Source: Phoronis australis | Taxonomy: Eukaryota; Animalia; Phoronida | NCBI GenBank assembly: GCA_002633005.1 | Contig: NMRA01000267.1 | Coordinates: 124,001 to 188,000 of the forward strand | DNA length: 64,000 nt | Direction of reading: 5' to 3' | Shown here: positions 52,770-64,000 of the stretch, one piece after another | Layout of the letters: every line of letters starts with the position of its first letter | Numbering within the stretch: the first letter of the stretch is position 1 | Position numbers and translations under genes: made by a program | Notes under the pieces: model-generated | Database searches by the model: none | Told to the model about the DNA's origin: nothing | What the model saw: only the letters and a program-made list of their open reading frames with translations

Positions 52770-53024
52770 GTTGTCGTAAGTCACTTTTGCGCATGCACAG
52801 GAAGTTAGCGCGTATTTTTATAAATGATTTGGTAATTTTTGCAACATTTTGACCATTTGAGGGCGATAAGAAACGTTAATTTTTCAGCAGTTTAACATAT
52901 GGATTTTTCAAACTGCCTTATGGGAAATATTTTCATTGCATTACAGTTTGATATTTAGATCACATGAGATATCATGTGACCAAACAGTGGCCAAGCGATC
53001 TATCTGCTGCGTTTGCCTTTGGCC
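52770..53024. promoter_or_regulatory. Bidirectional promoter between POLR3E and CLCN7
   Basis: Divergent ATGs 255 bp apart. NRF1-like TGCGCATGCA (52788-52797), ETS-like CAGGAAGT (52798-52805), and paired TCACATGA / TCATGTGA (52960-52979). Confidence 0.75.
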
Positions 53025-56000
53025 ATGGCGAGCTCTTCGGATGAACGATCTCCCCTATTAAGGAGATTTAGAGAAACAGGTACACCTCGCACGCACGATG
53101 GGGTGAGTGATTGTGTTCATTTTTGTCCTTAAGTTGGTTATTGGGTTAAAATGATTGATATCGCCAGATCATATAAGATAATAAGTAAAATAATGTCCAT
53201 GTGACAGCAGTCACTGTGCCAAACAAAGTCACTCTCTGTCCTTGTCAAAGTTACTCACTGTCACTGTGTCATCTGGTTTGTCAGACATTCAACTGGGCCA
53301 GCACATCTGGCACAGATGGTAGCCATCCAGTAGGGCTATACTCCAGAAGACCTCTCTCAATATGGACTGGGGTATCCAGTCCGATGTCATCATTATAGAT
53401 TTTAGTAAAGCTTTTGACACAATACCTCACTCTAGACTTGTAAACAAAATTGATTTCTTTGTTGTCCTTGGCCGCACAGACTTACAATATTCTATAAAAT
53501 TGTCCATCAGACCATCACCATTCCCGTTACCTATTTGTATCCTCCATTATTATAGTCTTGTTGTATTACTGCAGGTTCATTAGCTAGGACAGTAATACAA
53601 CAGCTGCCCTCAACGTACTAATAACATATCCGCCAATTTTCAAAATCATCCTCAGAGCGGTTTGGTTGAAAGAAAGGCGAACGCCAAAAACAGAATCGAA
53701 AACTGTAAAAATTGCCACTAGGTGGCACAAAGTACCTCAAATTCACGGCATCCAAAAGCGAGAGGATGACATCATCTCGTTAATAGATGCCTATCTGCCA
53801 AATTTTATGAAAATCCTTTGAGGACCTCCAAAGATACAGTGGTAAGCGTAAAAAATAATATTGCCACTAGGGAGCACAATGGCAGTCGGAGAGGTCTGAA
53901 ATTCGTCATCATCCGTCGTCAGCTTGATATAACACACCTGCCAAATCTCATCCAAATCCTGTAAGGGGTTTAGGAGATACAGCTGTGGACGCCAGAGTCC
54001 CAGACAGAGATGACCGCAATATGTGACCTCATACAAATATGTGGGCCCATAAAAATAAAATTGGTGAGTTTCTAGACATCTGACCTACTATATTTTTATC
54101 TCCAACAGAAAGACAATCACTGAAAAGATGAGTCTTAAAGTGAAAGCGAGATCACAAGGCAGATCTATCTCATGTGGAACTTGAAAGTATAGAAGTGCTG
54201 AAATTAAACTTGTAATTGTGCTTTTTCTCCTCCGTTTCAAATGGAGGTGCAAAATGGAAATTAATATCTATTCTGGGCTTGAGATTCGTTGGCAAGACAA
54301 GAACATAACGACCATAATGACTGTGATCGCATTGGTGGATTACAGTGCCACAATGTGATGAGCACAGTCACAATGATTCGGGGTATACCCAGACCCTGAG
54401 AGCAAAATCCACAAACACAATTTTATGAGTACAACCAAAATGATTTGGGGTGTACTCAGTGCCTGAGAGCTGAATACACCAACACAATTTTATAGGTACA
54501 CACCCAGAGCTTCAAAACTGAATACAGAAACACAAATTTATGAGTACACCCAAAATGGTTTGGGGAGTACCCAAGCCAGTCTAGATGAAGTCCAGTCATG
54601 CAAGGCCATTCAGGTATACCCTTAACTTGACTTGACTGTGAGCTCTTTCACAAGGCTTCCTGAAACCCTGCATATCAATTGTTCATTTCCATGATAAAAG
54701 TTCAAACATGTTTTTTGTGTAATTCACAAAAAGTGGTCGTCATGTTCTTCCAACTTCCATCCTTTTGATGACAGTCAATCATATTGTCTTTTTCTCATTT
54801 TTTGTGAATGCTTGATACTGCTATGATGTGCAAGAATCAAGAATCTTTATTTAACGTCGTTCGAAGAACAAATGTATGAAATTAAAGACTGTTTTGTGTT
54901 TTTTGATGTATTAGAATCTTGGCTCATTCCCTCATGAGTACTTGGGAGTGCCAGATTAACATACCATATATCAGGGCTTGGAATTTTCCGCGGAAACGCA
55001 GATTTCCGCTTTTTTCAAATGTTCTGTCCACGCATTTTATTATATTTCAGCGTAAAAAAATCGGATTTGATATAAAATTTTGGGCAAATTCCTTTCTTAC
55101 CGCGGCGTTGCAGACGACGTTCACCTCGAAAAGCGGAAGTTGCTCTTTATGTTTCGGAGGAACGTAAATTGTCAACATTGCCGGGGCATCTGGGATAGCG
55201 TGGTGGGATTTTCAATGGCGTCTCGTGTTATTATAAACCGCGGCGACAAATACTACGGCTATGCAGCCAAAAATGTGTGGGTTGGGAGTGGACGGATGAG
55301 CTAAAAGGACGCAGACGCATGCTACTGATGGTGGTAACGTTTTTTTTTTAGTCCTCCCGATTTTTGAAAGGTTCACATCGACCATATCAAGGCTGGGTAG
55401 CGCGCATGATTTGGGCCGTAAAAGTTTCCGCGTATTTTGTCATTGGTCATTCCAAGTCCTGGTATATAGAGGGACAAACTTCCCCCAAACCGACCCACTG
55501 AAAGAGGACCCCTTCTGAAGGGGGACCCCTTAAGATGAAATCATTAAGCATGGAAAAGACCTAGCTCAACATGAAAGGTTGTACGTTTTCCTAAATTGGG
55601 CCCTCTGTCCGTGAGTGACCCCTTAAGAATTTATCAAGAAAAAAATGAAAAAGATTGCCACTTGAATGTCATCAATGGCCCCCATTCCAAGACTGGGCCC
55701 CTAATTATGAAAGGATGAATAATTTCAAAAAACGAAATGTGGAGCAATTGATGCTATCTGTTAGGTCACCAACTTTCCTCAAGTGAAACAAATGAAAAAA
55801 TAGTGCGACAGTTGTCTTCATTACCCTTGCCAGAGTGAGGCCTCTGGAAAAAATATACCGTAATCGTTCGGGTTAACACCCATGCTCAGTTAACCGCCCA
55901 CCCCCTACTTTAGGTGGATTTTCGATTTAACCGCCCACTGCTCAGTTAAGCGCCCCCCTACGATTTTTGAAGATTTCCAGTTAAGCGCCCATCCCGGACT

Positions 56001-59000
56001 TTTAAAGAATGAAGATTTAGCGCCCAGTGCTAAGGAAACGGTGATTCCCCGACTTTTACAAAAAGATCGATGATCACAATGAGCGTAACAACGCCGGGCC
56101 TTCAAGACGGTGGTTTAGCAATGTGAATTACAATACAAGTAAGGAGTTCTTGTCTTGGGTCATGGACTCACTTCAAAATATAATACTTTAACGTTTTTGT
56201 CACTTTATTTTCTTCCCATGTTTACAAAGTTTAAGAACGGCGCCGGCGTCAAAACCTCCGCTTTCAGCGACTTTGTCTGCCGCACTGAGTTTCGGTCTGC
56301 AGTGCACTAGATAAAATATATATTCGAAAAAATCAGGCCAGACAAATGTGACAATGGTTTTGCCAACCCTCCAAATTCTCTTAAGGTGGGAAGCTCTCGT
56401 ATTTTGAAGAAATCTCACAACTCACGGAAAGATTTCAAATTCTCATTTTGATGAATGTAACTGCCGGGTTGTAGAGGACGTGTGGCGACCGAAGGGACAG
56501 TACAAGTGCCTTACTGGGTTACCGATTTCGTTGCTGCCTATCGATTTCTGAATTCAAAGGTTGGCAATAATGTTTGTTTGTGTATGATCTTGAAGTAATA
56601 AAAAACAGCTAGTCAAATTTTGTTTTTTGCTTACTGCATCTCAGTCAAACTGGCGTTACCAGATTTAACTATTGTCGCTGGCTGTTCTTTATTTTTTCTT
56701 GCGTCAGCCCCCACGTATAAGCGTGACTGTGAAATATCGTTTCCACATCCCCTTTTTGCCATCCAGAATAATTTTGTTTATACATTGGCCAGTTTCTTAC
56801 CATTCGAGTCTGAAATATCTACGACGTAGACTGACTGAAAATTGGCGATAGTGGGTAGGAGATGCACACAGCTAGCTACGGGCATGGGCTTAGGGAGCAT
56901 CGAGCGGGAAATATCGGAATAGACTTGACATCGCAGTTTTGGGGAACATTGGCAACGGAGGAATATCGTAAAGAACTGGGTCTTTCGTAACAACAGCTTA
57001 AAAGTACATAGTCACGCCCGTTTTTGTTACTTAGGGCTATTCTCTTTTGATGTGTGACTTTGTAGTCATTTTGGTGCACGTGCGCAAGTTCCCACACTTT
57101 GCAGTGCATGTTACCTTGACATCAACATGTGATTGACAGGTGCTCACTCGTAGGCCCTACGTGCGTGCTGATTCCCGCCGCTATCTTTGGCCATAAAAAA
57201 CGAGATGCATATTGGAAGAGGCCGTTTTATTACTTGACGGCATTTCCAAGTCACGACTGTCAGCCGACTGAGACATTGCTTGCTAACAGCGAGACCGAAC
57301 AGTGCCGCAGTGCGATAGGCCTATTGCAAGTGATATAAATAGGATAATCTGGACATCTTGCATGAAAAATAAATGTTTTTCCACCACGAAGTTTGGTAAG
57401 GCGATTGTTTAAGAATGAATTGAAACATCGCTGTTTTGTGGCGTTTTATCACATATTTATGTCGTGGCTCGAAATTTTATTCTTGATTGACGAGTAGCTC
57501 ACGGCCGCTTAACACCGATTCTTGTCTTAGGCCTAATTCTTTGCCGAGCATGTTTGGCGCAACGGCAAGTGAGCAATGCCGGGCGGTCGAGATAAAACAG
57601 CTAGCCGCAGAACCATACGCTGAAAATGTCATTGAGTCACAGAGTGTCGACTATAAACATCCTAAACACAAAAAACATCTGAATTAAGTTTTTCAAACTT
57701 TTATTACAACTCATTTTAAAACTGCTCTCAGACTATGAACTTGGCAGCTCAGTACGAGACTGCAACCATAAATTTGATGTCTGCTGTGACCTCTGCAACA
57801 CGTGAAGCTTGCACGCGCGCACTTTAACAAGGTCACATCTTAAAATAGTTGCAATCCAAGTAGAGGCTGCGTGGTCACTGGTCGTCTGCGCTCTAGAGGG
57901 CAAAGTAACAAGACCGCAGGACGCCACGGGGCTATTACTCAGTAATTCTGTAAATTTAACAGTGAATAACTAATCTGAGGGCAAGAGAATCTTTGTTGGG
58001 ATCATCCGCTGTTATGACATTTTTCTCGTCATGTGGCGACGTGAAGATAACGCTCTTTGAAAAGTACTACGCGTTCCGAGTACGAGGTAAGATTAACCGC
58101 CCAGGGCGGTTGCCTGTCGTAATAAGCGCCCATGTTCGGTTAACCGCCCACCCTGGATTTCTTGAAATTTCACGTTTAAGCGCCCATGTCTGGTTAACCG
58201 CCCACCCCCGATTTTTTGGGTTTGCCAATTTAACCGCCCAGGGCGTTAACCTGAACGATTACGGTAGTTTTGCATTCACAAAATTGTCTTATTGAATTTA
58301 AAAACCTCGCAAATTCAATACGCTCCACAAAAGCTGCACTTTACAAATGTTCTTGATTTTTTCGAAATATGTGTATGCATGATTAAGTGTGCGATTTCAA
58401 GTGCGTTTAGGTGACCTATGCCGCAAAAAAGGAGGCCCCTAACAACAATGTCCTGGCTAGGACTATCAAAGGATAAGTCATGCACTGATAGTTGTCAAAT
58501 TTTCTCTAGGCTTATGACACTTGAAAAATGTAAGGTTTGTGTGCCTTGGATCTTTTGTTCGTGAAGTGGCATAATTTCTCATAATGTTCTCAAAATGACA
58601 CCCAGCGCGGGAGCTTGAGTGAGCCTCGACATATTTTCATGGATGTTAAATTTATGGTGTATCAAGAGTCATGTGGTATGTGTTTATAACTCAATGCATA
58701 TATTTATGCATGCCTCATTTGATATCATTGGCTGTACTTTTTTACTTTCAATAGGGGTAGTCTATTACCTGTGGCGATGTAATTGCCTGTTACAGTCAAT
58801 GTGCTTGTGGTCAAACGGAAACGTACAGAGGGTTATCACTGGTTATGGGGAGGGGTTGCGGGATTGATGATGAGATTTGCATTACTTCACAAAAGGTTTT
58901 GAAATGAATTAAAATTGCATTACCATAGCAACATTCGGTATGAAGGTGTGAATGTTCAGTATGGAGAATCATTGACTTTGAAACACGATCTTACAAGTTC

Positions 59001-62000
59001 ATTAACTGTCCAAATCATACAATAAAGGTATTTATTTCAGCCAGTGTTCATTGATAAAGTTATTGCTTTGTAGTGATATTGCCCTACTCCAGTCAAATAC
59101 ATAGATTACCTTTGATTTTCGTGATTGATTTTGTCAGTGGTTCTTGTTCAAATATATTGAATGCAGTTCAAGGTGTGGTGAAAGAGCCACGTTTCTATTG
59201 TGTTGTAGAGCTGTAAACTGATAATGGTTGGGATAATCTTTGGCAGCAGCTGATGTACATGTTTAGCAATCTAGATAATGTGATTTTTTACCAGAACTTC
59301 CAGCATTTGTTCTTTAAATTGACAGTGAATGATCATAATACTTGCAATGTGTTTTGCAAAACTATTCAGATGTGACATTTTAAACTTAATTCGTTTCATC
59401 AGTATTTAGGTGCCAAAAACAACAAGGGCTTAATCCTTAAGCTCATTAAGTCATGTCATAATATTCCTAACTTGATTTCCAAGTGGTGCCTGTTATTCAG
59501 GAGAGAAAACTAGTTCTCAAAATGCGGAACTCCTGAAAGTGACTACATGTTACGGGTTCATTTAGCATATGTAAGTGAAGAGACGTGTCTATTGCAGTGA
59601 CTATTTATATTGTTTGTTGTCCTTTAATTTTCTATTTTATTTTATTTCCTGTGACTTACCTTCTGCTAGCACATAGCTGTGTCCAGCAAAAAAACTTTGT
59701 GGCTGTGCGTGAATGTAAAATAAGTCAATATACCGTATACTGTAAGTTTCTCAAGGATTTTGTGCTCACCTGGGCCAAGCATAATACTCAAATGGACATA
59801 TACACAGTAGGAAGTACTTCAGAGTTGAGCTGAATATGTCAAATGTTAACAATTTGCAACATGACCCAAGTCAATTTCACTATTGTGTTGAACCCCACTG
59901 TCTGGTATTACACAATAGCTATTGTACGATGTTATGTAACATGCATCTTGCCCTATTGTGTAGTAGGTCAGCCAACTCAGCATTTGGTGAAGCTGTTTTC
60001 CCCAAGCATGTAACAACTTTGTGTAATCTCAGACCTCTAAACAAATTTTTTGATCTGATAACCTATCTATCAACAAAGTCACCTTCTCACAGTGGTACTG
60101 CTTCACACAATGCATTGGTTGACCACTTTTAAGAATGTGGAAACAGTTGATTCACACTTTAATGATCGAGCTCACAATGGAAAAAGTCAACATTGACTCA
60201 TTGTGTTCTGGAATTCAAAATTTCTTTGGATTTTGGTTTGCCATTCGTTTTTCTTCTATTTTTATATTTTTATTTTTAAAGACATATAGCTTTTAAAAAA
60301 TGTCTTATATTCTGTTTTTTTTTGCTTTCTATTTTTGTGAGCTAACTAAATTTTAAAACGAAAAAAATCATTTTGGCTAAACCTGGTTTCCCTCCCAGTC
60401 TTACAGCTGTTTCTTGTCTATTGCAGCCTTGGTATACAGTCAACAATATATTGGATGATCACTCCATATCTGAATCTCAAGCTATTTCAACAGAGACATC
60501 TATTGAACCACCTGATGAGGAAAAAATTTTAAATGCACGTTATCAGGTAAGCACCCATCTTGTAGACTAAAATAAAATTTGAAATTTTTTTAGTGTCTGA
60601 ACGTGGCTAATGCTGCAAAACTAAATTTTTGTTTATTTTGAACTGTGATATTTTAACCTACGATTTTCTGTATTTTTAGTCCAAGTTTTACTTTCCGTCG
60701 GAGTGCATTCTGTATGTATACATTAATTTCAGAAGTCTTTTGTTTTGCTGCTGATTCCTAATTTCTTATTGCAAGTACTTGGTCTTATTTGCAATTTGTC
60801 TGCTTTTTTATTAATATTACTTTTCATCTGTTTCTGTGGTAACCATTTATTAATATTTCTGTTGTAATATTATATTGTATATTCATTTGCCCAGAGGTGG
60901 TGTTATTAGTGTTCTCTAGTGTTCTAGGTACTTATTTGTGGTAAGAAATAAAAAGAAATAAATGGTGTGCTTCATCAGTCAATTCAGCTTTTATGCAGTT
61001 GATATTGTGTTGATGTGCAACTTGGAATTGTAGAGTGCATGGCTTAATGCTTTCATTGCAGAGTTTAGACTATGATCCGTGTGAAAATGTGTTGTACCAA
61101 AATGAGGCGAATGCATCCTCAACTGGGGTAAGTATTGTTGAATAAAAACTCATTCAGTTCACACTTTTATAGCTTTGAGTATTTTCACAGATTGTCTTTA
61201 CTTTTTGGTAGTTCTGGCTGGCTAACTTTTGCAGAATTGCTTGGAATATATTGGTTTTTCTGAAATCCTTTTGATTTGTACACTGTTTGGAGTGTTTTAG
61301 TCATCTGCCACATGATCTGTGAGAAAAGTACATGGTGAATCCAAATCGGTCTTTTTTCAATTAGCTCTGGTGCACATGACTTGAACAAGACGTATGAGAA
61401 CGAGTCATTTGCTCGTCTTTCATTCATTATGGGGTAGTCATACTTTTTCGATTTGTCAATCCTTTCAGGTTCACAGCACAAGAGATAACACGATTGATCA
61501 TGACCAACTCAAAGTGCAGCTAACAAATTAACCAAATGGATTTGATTATCTATCACTTTTTGTCTGATCTTGCTGTTTCAAAATCATAATATTAAAGCGC
61601 TAGTGTGGAACATCACCACCAACAGTGTATGAAGAAAATAATTAGATTTCTGTGTTCGACTGGTTGTCTTGATGGCTCAGTGGATAAGAACATTTGTACA
61701 AAATGCAGGCCTCTAGTTTGAGCTCCTGTTGGGACAGGAATCAGATTCCTGTCCCGATCCCTGCTCAAATAGAGAGCCCTGTGGTTATGTCACATTGTCC
61801 AACGTAGGACTCTGTTTTAAAAAATAATGAAAGCTAGTACAATAAATTTGCTTTTCATTGAGTATGGTTCACCCATCAGGATAATTTCTAAATGATTTCT
61901 CTTGATGAATTTTGTTTGCATAAAACAGGTTACAGCTTTGGTCCTTTAAGCTGCATCATGTGTAATATAATTATACTCTACCATGATCGAGTGTACTGTA

Positions 62001-63335
62001 AGATTTTTACAAGGTTGCAACATAGTGACAATGTGAGATTACCAGTTCATCATCATTGTTGTCATCACTGTCTCCATCATTACCATCATCATCTTTGTGG
62101 TTAATTTTTACCTTGATTCACCCATTGCAGTTCAGACTCTTGTCTGATGCCTTCATATTGTTATTCACTTTTGTAGAATGTAATAAAAATCCAAGTGCAA
62201 CGATGGGTGGTGATGTTCTTTGTCGGTGTACTCACAGCCCTGGTTGCCTTTGGCATTGACGTGGGAATAGAGACCTTGTCCTCATTAAAATACACAGTGG
62301 TGAAATACTGTATCCTTTTGAGCCATAGTGGTGTGCATATGATACCAGCTCACGTGCTCAGCTACATGTAACTTGTGGTAAATAGTTACTGTGCTCTTCA
62401 ATTTAGCTCACACTATAGCAGACATATTTTGTTTTATTTTATTTTATTTTGTCAAATTTGTCAACAGAAATTTAAAATTTGGATATCGTTACTTCATGGA
62501 TAGTTTATACTGTTGCAGCTATCATTAAATGAAACTTGAACAAAAATTTGGGGATTTTGATAATATAATCAGCGTTTGAAAAACTTCAGTTTCAGCAATT
62601 ATTTTAGTACTTGGTTCAACAGAAAAATAATTCCTACGGGTGATTGTTGACTCTGACTGATGGTCCATGGCCTCTACTCCATTACAAAGTTTATTTTGCT
62701 AGAAACATCAGTTAGGAAACGTGACAGTTTCTTGCATTTTGGATGTAGTTCTAGTTATAGCTGACTGTCTATATTGTCCAGATCATCCTCTTGTAAACAG
62801 GCAATTGGGATTGCTGCTAAAACCTGAGCTGGGAATTCAATTTCATCTTGGTTTTCAAAACCATTGACAAACTTAAATACCATATCTGGTCGATATAAGA
62901 CAAATTCAGATAAAATTTTGATTAAAAAACCTTTAAAATCCTGCACGTACATAGAAGCCTTTTACCAAGCTCCATATATTGTCTGGTCAATTTGTAACAG
63001 CTGGCTAAAGTACACACAGGGTGCAGTCAAACCCTTGACTCAGTTTGCATAGAGTCTAAATCCCAAAAGACTTCTTGAAAAGTTTAGCCTTTGCCAATTG
63101 TTGGTCAATGTTCAGAAACAAACATGGCTAATCCTTACAACAATAGTGGAAACACTGCATGACTATTTGTTGACCATGTGGAATCATTTCAGCATACGGA
63201 TTATCACCTTAACTCTTCATTACAGATATTGACAAGTGTATCAACTCCCACTGTTTATCAGTCCCTTTTGTTATATGGGTATTTTTCAACATCTGCTTTG
63301 TTACCATAGCTTCTATACTTGTTGCCTATGGAGAG
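53025..63335 (+). CDS. CLCN7: H+/Cl- exchange transporter 7 (ClC-7), 5' part; gene continues past the window
   Basis: Exons 53025-53102 (MASSSDERSPLLRR…, acidic dileucine motif), 60427-60546 (…EEKILNARYQ), 61062-61127 (SLDYDPCENVLYQNE…), 62177-62309 (QRWVVMFFVGVLTALVAFGIDVGIETLSSLKY) and 63226-63335 (IDKCINSHCLSVPFVIWVFFNICFVTIASILVAYGE). All in frame; closer to ClC-7 than ClC-6. Confidence 0.92.
53362..53465 (+). mobile_element. LINE (CR1/L2-like) reverse-transcriptase fragment
   Basis: DVIIIDFSKAFDTIPHSRLVNKI matches the non-LTR RT motif DFxKAFDxVxH; short and truncated. Confidence 0.8.
54370..54572. repeat. Degenerate tandem repeat of about 55-70 bp, about 3 units
   Basis: Recurring ATGATTTGGGGTGTAC…GAGAGC…AACACAATTTTATGAGTACA blocks. 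Confidence 0.6.
54972..55461. mobile_element. hAT-like MITE (490 bp)
   Basis: TIRs CAGGGCTTGGAAT … ATTCCAAGTCCTG with flanks CCATATAT / GTATATAG. The first about 200 bp is the reverse complement of about 39710-39913. Confidence 0.75.
55858..58264. mobile_element. Tc1/mariner-superfamily non-autonomous element (about 2.4 kb) in CLCN7 intron 1
   Basis: TA|CCGTAATCGTTCGGGTTAACACC … GGCGTTAACCTGAACGATTACGG|TA, with multiple subterminal TTAA(C/G)CGCCCA repeats at both ends. No intact transposase ORF. Confidence 0.8.
62310..63225 (+). other. U12-type (minor spliceosome) GT-AG intron in CLCN7
   Basis: 5' site GTATCCTTT; branch point CCTTAAC at 63207-63213, about 12 nt from the 3' AG, with no long pyrimidine tract. 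Confidence 0.92.
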
Positions 63336-64000
63336 GTAAGAGATTTTCAATTATTCCTAGGTTACAATAACAATTTTCAGCTTTAGGATCATGCCTCGTT
63401 ATTAGGATTTATTTTCTTAATTATTATTCAAGAGAAATGCCTTGGTCTTATTGAAAAATTTCTATTACTCCAAAAACAATACTTATTACGTTTTTATTGG
63501 CATTTTTAGCAAGAAGTTTTGCGCGAAGTGACTGAGGAATTGCCATATGTGGGCTAATTAGGTTAAGGTGAAATTGCAAAATTCTAAATGGCAATAAATC
63601 AGTAAGTTAATGGTGCTGGCTGCTCCTGAGCAATCAATGAACACTATTCTGTCAATGGTTTTATATAATTAGACACGCTAACTATTTATTAAAGTCTTCT
63701 GCATATACATTTTTGTTATTCTAGATATATTAGATCATACAAATAGTCCTATCAATGCTTTAGCAACACCAGAAAACACAGTTCAACACTTAAACACATG
63801 CATGTCTAATGATACATTAAATAGTGTTTTTGTAACATATTGCATCACCAATCAAAGAACTGTGGTTAAGAGTACTGGTAGTTCTGAAAATTTGCCATAC
63901 CGGTGGTATAAATATGTGTGTGTTGCCGGAACTAGAGTATATTGAATATCTGATGCAGGCAGGTGATGTTTGTAGCTGTTGGAATTATATTTAAGTAAGG

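Noticed and set aside
55880-56030. Regularly spaced short repeats resembling a CRISPR array
   Set aside because: Eukaryotic context, 11-bp units and short spacers; these are transposon subterminal repeats.
59500-59570. AG…GTAAGT-bounded candidate CLCN7 exon
   Set aside because: Stops in all three frames; not needed to join exon 1 to 60427.
62755-63310. Minus-strand ORF fragments suggesting a pseudogene
   Set aside because: Multiple stops and no recognisable family; the region is the CLCN7 U12 intron and exon on the plus strand.

Overview
Animal (invertebrate-like, AT-rich, intron-rich) genomic DNA from a draft assembly with five single-N joins (5255, 8013, 15799, 41427, 46463). Four recognisable spliced genes are present: the 3' half of a CLK/Doa LAMMER kinase (+, 2800-11958), a CDR2/CDR2L-like coiled-coil dynein-adaptor gene (+, 26238-30738), POLR3E/RPC5 (-, 32963-52769) convergent with it, and the 5' part of CLCN7 (+, from 53025, continuing past the window) head-to-head with POLR3E. 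An orphan terminal exon encoding a CUE-like domain lies at 18594-18760. The most interesting signal is in CLK: two homologous, frame-incompatible exons (9698-9785 and 10323-10413) that look mutually exclusive, separated by an intron that folds almost entirely into a long G.U-rich hairpin. Other highlights are a U12-type intron in CLCN7, a 255-bp bidirectional promoter with paired M-box/CLEAR-like sites, CDR2-POLR3E microsynteny shared with human, a Kolobok-like transposon derivative nested in a hAT-like element, and three tandem 'duplications' centred on N joins that are probably haplotype artefacts. Gene calls come from manual splicing and recognition of protein motifs; no database search was run.
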